Of a stretch of 64,000 nucleotides of DNA, positions 32,291 to 43,503 are shown one piece after another. The notes under the pieces are model-generated. The model did not search any database. It was not told where the DNA came from and saw nothing but the letters and a program-made list of their open reading frames with translations. Position numbers and translations under genes: made by a program. This DNA is from Macrostomum lignano (lineage: Eukaryota), in assembly GCA_002269645.1 (NCBI GenBank), contig NIVC01001638.1:192219-256218 (forward strand), written 5' to 3'. Each line of letters opens with the position of its first letter. The first letter of the stretch is position 1.

Positions 32291-32685
32291 TAAAATATTT
32301 TCGTCTTAATATTTGTCAACAATATCTATTGTTGTAAAGAATGCAAATGTTTACAATTATATTCTTGTTTTTGTGCATTTCTTAAGCGAAGCAGCATTCC
32401 TAAAATTTACTTTTAATAAAAGTTTACTCACTTGCAACGCTGTGCTCGCTTTTAAACTGTTGGACTGTCCTATCAACCGTATCTGAGGGGAAACAACAGG
32501 GAATTTTGCTGTTGTCAGTAAAAGAGTGAACGGTGTAATAAACAAAACTCAAATCAAATGACGCTCACTCAGATCAAATGTCACCTGACAGTGTTGCCCC
32601 CGACTCTTGGCTCGCAACAATCGCATGGGCAATAAAAAATCGCAGCTACTTCGAAATAAAAAACATTGCTTTGAGCATGATTCTT

Positions 32686-33586
32686 ACCCCGAGAATCTCA
32701 CAATTCTAACCCCCAGAACCTCACCATTCATACCCCCCAGAATCTCAAGATTTTACACCCATAATCTCACGATTCTTAACCCCAGAATCTCACGATTCTT
32801 ACCCCCAGAATCTCACGATTCTTACCCCCAGAATCTCACGATTCTTACCCCAGAATCTTATGATTCTTACCCCCAGAATCTCACGATTCTTACCCCCAGA
32901 ATCTCATGATACTTACCCCCAGAATCTTATGATTCTTACCCCCAGAATCTCACGATTCTTACCCCCAGAATCTCATGATACTTACCCCGAGAATCTCACA
33001 ATTCTAACCCCCAGAACCTCACCATTCATACCCCCCAGAATCTCAAGATTTTACACCCATAATCTCACGATTCTTAACCCCAGAATCTCACGATTCTTAC
33101 CCCCAGAATCTCACGATTCTTACCCCTTAGAATCTCACGATTCTTACCCCAGAATCTTATGATTCTTACCCCCAGAATCTCACGATTCTTACCCCCAGAA
33201 TCTCATGATACTTACCCCCAGAATCTTATGATTCTTACCCCCAGAATCTCACGATTCTTACCCCCAGAATCTCATGATACTTACCCCGAGAATCTCACAA
33301 TTCTAACCCCCAGAACCTCACCATTCATACCCCCCAGAATCTCACGATTTTACACCCATAATCTCACGATTCTTAACCCCAGAATCTCGGGATTCTTACC
33401 TTCAGAATCTCGGCATTCTTACCCCCATAATCTCACGATTCTTACCCCAAGAATCTCACGGTTCTTACCCCAAGAATCTCACGATTCTTACCCCAAGAAT
33501 CTCATGATTCTTACCCCCAGAATCTCACGATTCTTACCCCAATAATCTCACCATTCCTAGCTCCAGAACCTCATGATTCTTACCCC
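32686..33586. repeat. ~21-bp satellite (CCCCCAGAATCTCACGATTCTTA), left block with higher-order duplications
   Basis: Dense tandem copies; the variant block at ~32686-32820 recurs at ~32980 and ~33280. Confidence 0.95.
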
Positions 33587-34669
33587 CTTGACTTACTTGA
33601 CTTAGCTGCAGGGGGCGTCCGGCGGATGCAGCGAGGAGGTGGAGGAGACCGCCCATTCCGCTAGCCCCTGGCGACCAATGACTTCCATCGAAGCGATGTC
33701 GCTCAGGGGGACCCGTCGGTCTCGCCTGCAGCGCGGTCCTCCTCACCGGCGGTGGGGAAGAACTCAGCTCGTCCCGTGTCCCTGAGGTACCGGGCGAGCA
33801 GCGGGATGCTCTCAAGCCTGCAAACGTCGGAGAGAACCGGATTTGGCCCGAGGTGAGTGAGCCTGGCCCTGGTGAAAACCGGGCACTGGCAGATAAAGTG
33901 CTCGGCGTTTTCACTGCCTGAGCGGCAGTAGGGGCACCGCTCCTCGGGTACTTGGCCCTGAAGGAAACGGTGGCGAGAGAAAGAGCCATGCCCGGAGAGG
34001 GCCGCGGGAGTTGATCACCGAGGCGGGGATGGGGGCTCCCGGGCCCGGCCCCAGCAGCGCGCCGGCGGAGCCAGCCTTGGCCAGCAGGTCAGCGCGCTCG
34101 TTGCCGAGGAAGCCGGCGTGGCCCGGGATCCATCTGAGCTCCACCTGGTTGCCTAGCGCAAGCCCGTTGAGCTAGGTGTTGCAGTCCAGGACGGACCTGG
34201 AGCTGGCGGTGCTGCGGCGGAGGGCCCGAAGGGCTGCTTGGCTGTCAGAGTGAAAAATAAATTTCCGACAGCTAAGCTGCCTTCGGCGCAGCTCTGCCGC
34301 GCAGGAGCTGATGGCAAGCACCTCGCTCTGAAAAACACTGCAGTTAAGCCCAGTGTGCTGGGAGTAGCTCCACACCACTTCTCCCTTAAAGAAGACGCAA
34401 GCTCTGAAGCCTGAAAGACTATGCCTCATAGAGCCGTCAGTGTAACAGTGGACTTCAGAATCGCTCCAGCTGTCACTCGCCTCGTGTCGAGGCTGAATAG
34501 TAACCTTATACCTTTGGCTCAGGAGCAGGGTGGCTGGGATCGAGTCCGTGAGGATGTTGAGCCCGCCACACTCCTCGAGAGCCTTGAGGCAGAGGTCAGA
34601 GTGCGGGATAAGCAACCGCTTCTTAAAGGCCCGCACTTTCTTGAAGGCCACCCCAACATCCAAAAGACG
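33587..34669 (-). mobile_element. 5'-truncated non-LTR retrotransposon with RNase H (I/R1/Loa-type)
   Basis: YTDGS, SVFQSEVLAI, FHSDSQAAL, LRWIPGHAGFLGNERADLLAKAG; 3' tandem tail TAAGTCAAG x2 (plus 33587-33604). Confidence 0.85.
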
Positions 34670-35885
34670 CCGATTCTTACCCCCAGAATCTCACGATTCT
34701 TACCCCCAAAATCTTACAATTCTTACCCCCAGAATCTCACGATTCTTACCCCCAGAATCTCACGATTCTTACCCCATAATCTCACGATTATTTTTTCCAG
34801 AATCTCGGGATTCTTACCCCCAGAATCTCACAATTCTTACCCCCAGAATCTCAAGATTCTTACCCCCAGAATCTCACGATTCTTACCCCCAGAATCTCAC
34901 GATTTTACCTTCATAATCTCACAATTCTTACCCCCAGAATCTCACGATTCTTACCCCCAGAATCTCACGATTCTTACCCCCAGAATGTCACAATTCTTAC
35001 CCCCAGAATCTCACGATTTTACCCCCATAATCTCACGATTTTACCCCCATAATCTCACGATTCTTACCCCCAGAATCTCACGATTCTTACCCCCCTAGAA
35101 TCTCACGATTCTTACCCCCAGAATCTCACGATTCTTACCCCCTTAGAATTTCACGATTCTTACCCCCCAGAATCTTACGATTCTTACCCCCGGGAACCGC
35201 ACGATTCTTCCCCCAGAATCTCACGATTCTTACCCCCAGAATCTCACGATTTTACCCCCATAATCTCACGATTCTTACCCCCAGAACCTCACGATTTTAC
35301 CCCCATAATCTCACGATTCTTACCCCCCTAGAATTTCACGATTCTTACCCTAGAATTTCACGATTCTTACCCCCTAGAATCTCACGATTCTTACCCCCAG
35401 AATTTCACGATTCTTACCCCCCAGAATCTCACCATTCATACCCCTAGAACCTCACCATTCTTACCCCCAGAATCTCACCATTCATACCCCTAGAACCTCA
35501 CCATTCTTACCCCCCAGAATCTCACGATTCTTCCCCCAGAATCTCACGATTCTTCCCCCAGAATCTCACGATTCTTCCCCCAGAATCTCACGATTTTTAC
35601 CCCTAGAATCTCACGATTCTTACCCCCAGAATCTCACGATTCTTACCCCCCAGAATCTCACGATTCTTACCCCCTAGAATTTCACGATTCTTACCCCCCA
35701 GAATCTCAAGATTCTTACCTTCAGAATCTCACAATTCTTACCCCCAGAATCTCACGATTCTTACCCCCAGAATCTCACGATTCTTACCCCCAGAATCTCA
35801 CGATTTTACCCCCATAATCTCACGATTCTTTTTCCCAGAATCTCGGGATTCTTACCTTCAGAATCTCAGGATTCTAAGGCCCAGA
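34670..35885. repeat. ~21-bp satellite, right block
   Basis: Same unit as 32686-33586. Confidence 0.95.
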
Positions 35886-36353
35886 ATAAAGAATCACTGC
35901 AAGTTGCTGAATATGACAAACTTAGGGGTTAGGCGAGTGACGAAGACCGAACGCAGAACGTGGGCACAAAGCAGCGAGCAGGGGAGCAACCCCTGGCTGT
36001 TCGACGAGTTATTTATTTGAAAGGCTGTTCGATGAACTACGAGCGTATTACTTGAAATTGGTATTTAAAAGACACTAAGAATCAAAGAATGCATTACTTC
36101 GAATTTTTAAAAAATAAATTGAGCAGGTGTGCGACACCGCGAGCAGAGCACAAGCTGGGGGTTAAAAGCTAGCCGCCCCGCGACAACCCCCCAACGCAGA
36201 CGCCACCCCGCCACCCCTAACACACTTTGTACGCGGCCTACGGCCGCCCACAAAGCACACTTAGGGGTTAGGCGAGTGACGAAGACCGAACGCAGAACGT
36301 GGGCACAAAGCAGCGAGCAGGGGAGCAACCCCAAACTCCAAAAAGCAGGCGAG

Positions 36354-37379
36354 TCAGAGGGGAGAGGAGGCAAATGATGAACAGTAGGAGCCAAGGCAAG
36401 CAGACATAGATCGACGGGCCGCTAGGTTACCGGCATTGCCATCAGAGATGTACCGCGAAACCGCCGAGCTGCGCCAATCTCCCAGCAGCTTGATGCGGTC
36501 CACGCTCAGCCCAGCATTGAAAGCAAACGTCGCTCCACCACGCCGGAGCGAGTGCGCCGAGAAGCTAGAAGCTTCCAGTCCGGCCTTGCAGAACAGGCGA
36601 TGCAGGCGGTGGCGAACCCCCCGCTGAGTCAGAGGCCGCCAGGATCGCGGCGCTGATGAAACTGAGAATATGGGCAGACTGTGAGACGCATCAAAAAGGC
36701 GATTCAGCTGCCAGTGATGTCGGAGCGCAGCCACAGGACACAATCTGAGAGCAGCTGCTGAGCTCGGGCCCATGACCGGGAGCTGGATGGTGTGAATGCG
36801 CTCACCGAACTGCACTGTCTTTGAACGGGCTACAAAGATGGTAACACCAGCGCGGCTGAACTTGACATCAGATATCCTTATCGCGCTCGCCGAGTCACCC
36901 GATTTCTTGCGGGCGCACAGATTATCGAGGCGAAGCATGCCGAACCAGCCCGTGAGCACGAGAGCCCACAGAGCAGCATCTGCCGGATCTGACAGCAGCA
37001 GGTGCTGGCGAATGCGCATCAGATGCTCCGGCCGGAGTGGTTGCTTAGTGGCTGGGGTCCACGACTTGCTTAGGTCCCGTCTGATTCCTTTTAGGATGAG
37101 TGGCAGAATTGGAGCTCGCGCGACTTCGTCAAGACCGAGGCAGCGGCAATACCAGCTCAACGCTTGCAGATGAAGCTGAACACTGTTGAACGAAAGTAGG
37201 CGAAGAGAGATGTCGGACAGGTAGAGAACGAGAAGCTCCACCGTGGGCTGCTCAGGTCGTTCATTTAGCCCTTGACAGAAACGACACCAGGCTCGCCAGA
37301 CAGACTCGTAGGTCAGCCGTGTCGACTCCGCCAGAGACAACTCGATCAGACGAGCCGCCCGCCCCCGAAGCCGCCGCAC
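36354..37379 (-). CDS. Tyrosine recombinase of the Ngaro element
   Basis: GWFGMLRLDNL (R), VARSKTVQ (K), FSAHSLRRGGAT (HxxR), LGDWRSSAVSRY (W/Y). Confidence 0.92.
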   Translation of the reverse strand: MRRLRGRAARLIELSLAESTRLTYESVWRAWCRFCQGLNERPEQPTVELLVLYLSDISLRLLSFNSVQLHLQALSWYCRCLGLDEVARAPILPLILKGIRRDLSKSWTPATKQPLRPEHLMRIRQHLLLSDPADAALWALVLTGWFGMLRLDNLCARKKSGDSASAIRISDVKFSRAGVTIFVARSKTVQFGERIHTIQLPVMGPSSAAALRLCPVAALRHHWQLNRLFDASHSLPIFSVSSAPRSWRPLTQRGVRHRLHRLFCKAGLEASSFSAHSLRRGGATFAFNAGLSVDRIKLLGDWRSSAVSRYISDGNAGNLAARRSMSACLGSYCSSFASSPL

Positions 37380-39142
37380 CGCAGGGTCAGGACCTGTAAA
37401 AGCAGAAAATGGGAGGCAGCAGAGGCCAGCGCGTGGGAGGCAAATTCAAGCGGGCACACTTGCACAGTGCCATAAAAACGCATGCAAAAGTTAATGAGGC
37501 CACTCCGAGAATGAAGACGCGAAATGGGGTCAGCATAGGTCTGAAACCAGCCCGGCACATGAAAGAAGCTTAACACAACTTTGTTAGCGAAACAGAAGAG
37601 ACCAATGGTCTGAAGCAGGCGCAGCAGCTCAGGGTCCTTAGAAGCAGCCTTGTTGAGGATGAAGACAGCTGGGTCATTGTCAACGTAGCATACGACCTTG
37701 CACTGGCTCAGCAGCGGGCGCAGCACCATCAGAGTGAGAAGCGGCACGAGAGCTTCTTTGTAGTTGATCGGGTACTTGGCAAACTGGCCATTGAAGTCCT
37801 TCTCCCAGTCGATGAAGATCCAGTCACAAAAATTGTGGCTGCGGACGATGCAGCCGCCCGCCTTCTCGGATGAGTCACTCTCCAGCACCCACTCATTGAG
37901 ATACTTGGGCCAGAGCTCGCGGCCATTCAGCTTTCGGATAGCCAGGGTCCACCACTCCAGCTCGCCACGCAGCGACTCATCCATACGGACGCAGTGCCTA
38001 GGATGAGCTAGAGAGTTAACTCTGGAGATAAGGTTGCGCAGGAAACTTCTACCCACGGGAGGAGCGACCTGGCACCACCAGTTAATCTTGCCACACAGCT
38101 TCTAAAGCTCCCGCTTAGTCAACCGAGACTTCAGCTTCATCTGCTGGACGAGGTTGACAGTCAGATCGATCTTATCATCGGGCAGGCAAAGCAAACCAGA
38201 ACTCGTGTCGATGTTCACACCGAGGTAGGTGACGGTCTGGGCTGAGGCGCTGCTCTTCTCCCAGTTGATGTCGAACCCGAGACGTTGGAGAAGGCCAGTT
38301 AAAAACTCAAAGGCCTCTTCACACTTGGCTCTACTGTCAAAGGCAAGGCCAAAGTCGTCCAAATAACCAACGACATTGCTAAAGCCAGACCGCTGCATAA
38401 TTCGGACAATCGCCTGCGAGATTCTGTGAAAAATGGACACGGAGGCAGCTGCGCCAAACATCAGCCGGGTGTCAACCAGGTAGCACGGCGAGTCGGCTCC
38501 TTTGAATTTCCATTGTAGACCGGCTGCCGGGTAGCAAGAAGGGTGAATGCCAACGGAGCGATAGGCATGCTTGATGTCGACTTTTGCCACAAAGCAGCCA
38601 GGATGGAGCAGACGATAAAATTCATCGATAGACTGAAAGCGGATGCGTTCCTGCTGATGGTAGTGACTGTTGATAGAATTTCCATACGGAGCGCTGGCGT
38701 CGTGAATCAGCCGGATTGATGAGCTGCCCTTAGGGATTGCTGCCAGCGGGCTGACCTTCGTAGGCTTTGTGGAAGACATCACATAGCGGCCTGTTCTTAG
38801 CTCTTCTTTAATTTGCTTATCCACGAGCTCCTGGTGCGCGAGCGCAGAGTTGTAGTTAGGCTTAAAGCTTTCGCAGAATTTGGTATCATCAGTGATCATA
38901 AACCCGGCACTAATACCATTTAAGAGAAACTCGGCATCTCTGTCTTCATCAAGATACTTCGACCATTCACAAAAGCGCATGTCACCGCAGCTGGATGTAG
39001 GAAAATTATCAGGAATAAAATCGCGGATTGATGAACTATTTACAATGGCGGGCGGGCGGTCATCTAGTTTTTTGACGCTGAAGCGTGCAGATGACCCGGA
39101 TGGTCCCTTCTGCAGATGACGCAAGCATGCTGAAATTTGCAT
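37346..39142 (-). pseudogene. pol: RT-RNase H of the Ngaro element, one in-frame TAG (38102-38104)
   Basis: RLIHDAS, KVDIKHAYR, DTRLMFG, GYLDDF, LESDSS, INYKEA, YVDND, ADPISR. REL*KLCGKINW joins two same-frame ORFs. Confidence 0.9.
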
Positions 39143-40119
39143 TCCTCGCCGAACTTACAGCCGGTATCGCGGTTGAAGAGCAGGCAGATTTGGCGATTCC
39201 TCCTATTCTGTGGCTGCTTTCTACGCTGCAAGTTGCTGTCTATAGCGCTAAGCCGATTCGGAGCAAGCAGGTGTCGTGAGAGCAACTGGAAAGACTCGTT
39301 GTCCCAGTGACGACTGGTTTCATGCTGGAGCCTCCGAAAGCTGTCATCATAGAGCAGGACATTACTGACGTCAAATCCACTATTCAGCAGTTCGCCTAAC
39401 TGGCGGTTGTAGGCAAGGTACTCATGCAACCTTGGAGCAGCGCGCGCTTCCCAGTCAATCATCTCGCCAGATTCGATCAGGGACTGGAGAATTCTCGCAT
39501 TCGCACTTATCCACTCGCCGATGCTAATCTGCTCCAGAGGCTTCTGTCTGGTATTTGTTCCTTTCTTATTGCCAGCGCTGACATTTCCGGAGTCTTCGAC
39601 GAAGTCAGGTATGAGAAGTGGGCCCCTCTTGGTGGGGTCAGCATCTTGCTCCAGGAGGGGAATATTCTCCAAGGCAGAATGGGCGGCGCCCCAACTAGCA
39701 GAAAAAGCTGGCTTACCATACGTCTTCGTGCCATGGCGTCTGCCGCTGAGCTCGGCTGTCAATTCCGCTTCCTCCTTTTGGAGCCTCAGTAGCCTGATGC
39801 GTTCCTCGGTCGCTTCGATCTCATCGCGCAGGTCCTGACCCTTCGTCGAGCGGTGGCGGTTGGGGGGCGGTGGCTGGGGCTGCGGTTGGCTGTCGGTCTC
39901 GCTGTCAGTTGATTCTTCTCGTCTGCTGGTTGAGTCGTCTTGTTCAGGGTCTCTACCTTGCAGACTTTTCAGGCGCGCTAACAGAGTTCTCTTGTTACCA
40001 TTAGTTGGCTGGCCAGCCGCGGAGAGTTGGGCTTTCAATTCTCGGGCTGTAAGTTTAGCAAGGCTAGCCATCGCGCAAAAAAAATTGAGCAGGTGTGCGA
40101 CACCGCGAGCAGAGCACAA
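39064..40119 (-). CDS. Gag-like ORF1 of the Ngaro element (N-terminal SAP-like motif, C-terminal Cys/His fingers)
   Basis: LAKLTARELKAQLSAAGQPTNGNKRTLLARL; ICLLFN..GCKFGEECKFQHACVICRRDH. Likely ATG at ~40071. Confidence 0.8.
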   Translation of the reverse strand: MCSARGVAHLLNFFCAMASLAKLTARELKAQLSAAGQPTNGNKRTLLARLKSLQGRDPEQDDSTSRREESTDSETDSQPQPQPPPPNRHRSTKGQDLRDEIEATEERIRLLRLQKEEAELTAELSGRRHGTKTYGKPAFSASWGAAHSALENIPLLEQDADPTKRGPLLIPDFVEDSGNVSAGNKKGTNTRQKPLEQISIGEWISANARILQSLIESGEMIDWEARAAPRLHEYLAYNRQLGELLNSGFDVSNVLLYDDSFRRLQHETSRHWDNESFQLLSRHLLAPNRLSAIDSNLQRRKQPQNRRNRQICLLFNRDTGCKFGEECKFQHACVICRRDHPGHLHASASKN

Positions 40120-40329
40120 GCTGGGGGTTAAAAGCTAGCCGCCCCGCGACAACCCCCCAACGCAGACGCCACCCCGCCACCCCTAACACACTTTGTACGC
40201 GGCCTACGGCCGCCCACAAAGCACACATAATCGCTCTGCTATTTAAATCGATCAGCGATTAAAATTTGCAGGGGTGGCAACAGTGCACCTGATGAGGCTT
40301 AATGAACTTTGGTGGTTCAAAATGAGTCG

Positions 40330-40545
40330 GTTTTGAAGAATCGCCGCAAGATCACAATAGGCGGTCACCTGGACGACGCTGCTAAATGGTTTGTAAAGCT
40401 GGACCCTGGGGAAGAAAGTATGTTGAAACTCAAAGTAGTTGAAATGAAATATTACAGAATAATGCTAAGGATTTCATGGAAAGAGAACGATCTAAATGCC
40501 TGGGTTAGGAGAAAAGTGAATTCGGTTTTGGGAATAATATATTAA
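40330..40545 (+). mobile_element. Degraded RTE-type LINE fragment
   Basis: KLKVVEMKYYRIMLRISWKE..NAWVRRKV matches the post-RT region of RTE-clade LINEs. Confidence 0.55.
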
Positions 40546-41804
40546 ATAAGAATTCTTCCAATATTGCAAATAAAGTTAAGGTAAAAGTAAAACAGCTAGG
40601 GTATGGAAGTCAGTGCGTAATTCAGCTTCAAGGGGGGAAACTGTCTGACAGGCACAGTCTGAAACTTGGAAATTAATGAGAGAATTGGGGGGGTTACGCT
40701 CGAATGTCAAGTGTTCAGTTAAATCAATTGAATACGCTCGCTTCGGATCAGGTTAGCGGTGTTCATATGTGCATTGAAAATGTTGAAAAAGTTTGTTTCT
40801 TGCTATGACTGCTTCTATGTGGAGATATGGATGACGTAATCGTTCTAACTGCTTGGTGAAGAGGGTTCTTTCTGAGGGAGGCTGTGCGACCCGTCAGAAT
40901 GTACACTGGAAATGAGGTGAGAGAACGATTGTCAGAGAACGTGAACAGGGACGAGTGTTTGTCTCTATACATGTACATGTACAGGTATTTGATTTGCTCG
41001 TATATGGGGTTGCTTTGTGAAATCCTATAATTCTATAATTCTAAAGATACTCGAATGGCCATGCAGTTTAATATGGCAGTTACATCAGATATTGGGGCAT
41101 TTAATGTTTAGTATACTACACTGACATTTGCGAGTAGTAGTATTAGCATTTTTCTTGACAAAGTTTCCCAAAATTAGCTGATAAATGCATCCTACAAGTT
41201 AGTGATGAGAATAATGCTGCTGGCTGCGATGATGCACAGTAAGAATTTCTTGTGTTAGTGGGGCCGAGGGGAAGTTTGGGCAGTTTTTGGACACGTTTGG
41301 ACAGAGCGTGAATAATGGTTTGAGCTAAATATATAGAAGCAACTCTCTCTGAGGCCTCTCGATCTCGTTCAGTACTACTGAATAGACACTTTCTGCAAAA
41401 ACTGCATGGCACCACTGAGAATTCCCTCTGAGAGATGCTTGGGCCTCTTCATTGGTAACGAAACTTAAGTCATGCCTATTGAATCCTAGTTGGGCATGTG
41501 CCGACTGAAGACTGCAGCAGCCGATGCCAGCCATTGTCTCATCGTTGCATACGTAATTACATGTAACTGCCATGCACTGCTCTTGCGGAGTTTTAAGTCT
41601 GACTTGTGACTGCGGAGAGTGGTAAATGCCTAAGTTTAGCGATCGGCTGCTAAACATGTATCTAACAAGTGTTGATGAATAAATTTTCTTCATTTCCGAA
41701 GCTGTTTATAGCATTATACCATTGATTTCGTACCCAGTCACAAATTACATGTTCTTATCCACTTAGCTAGCACAGCAGGCCATCAGAAAGCGATCTCAAT
41801 CACA

Positions 41805-42360
41805 GTCAGAAATTCGCCACACACATGTACTTTAGTGATAGGGATTCTTAACTCTCACCGTCAGATACTCGCCACACACATGTACTTCAGTGATAGGGAT
41901 TCTTAACTCTCACCGTCAGATACTCGCCACACACATGTGCTTCAGTGATAGGGATTCTTAACTCTCACCGTCAGATACTCGCCACACACATGTGCTTCAG
42001 TGATAGGGATTCTTAACTCTCACCGTCAGATACTCGCCACACACGTGCTTCAGTGATAGGGATTCTTAACTCTCACCGTCAGATACTCGCCACACACATG
42101 TGCTTCAGTGATAGGGATTCTTAACTCTCACCGTCAGATACTCGCCACACACGTGCTTCAGTGATAGGGATTCTTAACTCTCACCGTCAGATACTCGCCA
42201 CACACATGTGCTTCAGTGATAGGGATTCTTAACTCTCACCGTCAGATACTCGCCACACACATGTGCTTCAGTGATAGGGATTCTTAACTCTCACCGTCAG
42301 ATACTCGCCACACACATGTGCTTCAGTGATAGGGATTCTTAACTCTCACCGTCAGATATT
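41805..42360. repeat. 55-bp tandem repeat, ~10 copies
   Basis: Unit CAGATACTCGCCACACACATGTGCTTCAGTGATAGGGATTCTTAACTCTCACCGT (41862, 41917, ...); some 53-bp variants. Confidence 0.95.
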
Positions 42361-43503
42361 CAGCCTCTGGTGGTCAGCTCCTTCCTAAATACTTTCCAGC
42401 GATGTTGAAGTGCTCTGTCACAAACGCAATCCTCTCATTCTTGGGGTCAATGAGCATCAAAGGATGAGCTAATAGGCACTTCTGTGGCTGATAATTGGTT
42501 TTGGTTTTAACTCGAACTCCAAGCAGTATTTGTTTTCACAAATCGAGGTCTATTAGAATGAGTTTCTGGTTTTGTCTCTTGCACTCATACAGCTCGTAAG
42601 AGGACACGCTGCAAAGGACACAAGGCTAGAAGTTAAGGTTTTATCCAGGGACAACTAAGGTTTTAGGTTTTAGTTGTCCCTGGTTTTATCAGAACGTTCA
42701 GGTATTAGCCAGAAACTAAAAATTGTAAAGCTTTCAGTTGTACTTTTACCAGCTAGCTGGTTTCAGAACTAAGCTTATCAAATTGATCAAATATGCATTA
42801 AAACGATAATAATTTTGATTTTTAAGGCTCCGCCGCCGACCATGGGAAACATGGCGCAAAATCCCTTCTGAAAGGCCCAGAGAGTAGCTCCAATCAAGGC
42901 CAAGAGCACTTGTAGAAAGAAGAGGGATTTAAAAGAAGTTTAGTGCTAAACTTGATAGAGTCCATCTCCCCAAATGCACTGTTGCGTGCCTGCTCAACAC
43001 TGCAAACCTCTGATCGATTATTCACACAGGAAAATCAGTTATTGCGCTGCTGTTTATTCAATAAACTAAAATCACTCTCACAATGCCAAGTCTCTCACAT
43101 AACGATCATTTATTAACATTAAGTCAATTTTCTCGGTCGATATCCCCTCAAGTAAAGTCAGCGATGCAAATTAATAACATTCCTGCATGATATGTCAAAC
43201 TTGTGGACACGATTTCTTTTAGAAATTGAGGCCGGAAACAGGGCTTATAGGAGTTTGGGGGTGGCCAACAGACAGTATGAATTAACAGTTGTCGGAACTG
43301 AATGCACATTGCGCCAAGCGCTACCATTAACCGTCTGAATTGAATGGAAATATTTCAAATTTGACTGCACATTTAACAAATTAGGATGGGAAAATGTGTA
43401 ACGATACGACAAACTCACGCTCCTTTTCTAATAAAACCAAACTAGCGTCCCTCCATCGTGATACTTCCAGCTGTCTAAGAGTCAGTCAATCCTTGGATGA
43501 AAA

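Larger units (their letters stand above)
35920..40226 (-). mobile_element. Ngaro/PAT-type tyrosine-recombinase retrotransposon with split direct repeats
   Basis: On minus: A1 (40082-40226), gag, pol, YR, B1 (36259-36332), A2 (36116-36260), spacer, B2 (35920-35993). A1/A2 and B1/B2 look identical by eye. Confidence 0.92.

Noticed and set aside
32607-35098. ORFs with repeated LTILTPRISRF / PPESHDSYP
   Set aside because: Translations of the 21-bp satellite.
40284-40330. CACCTGATGAGGC as a second hammerhead
   Set aside because: No stem II partner or GAAA at a suitable distance; adjacent sequence is a LINE remnant.
41805-42360. Regular 55-bp array as a possible CRISPR
   Set aside because: Head-to-tail identical units with no unique spacers, no cas genes, eukaryotic context.
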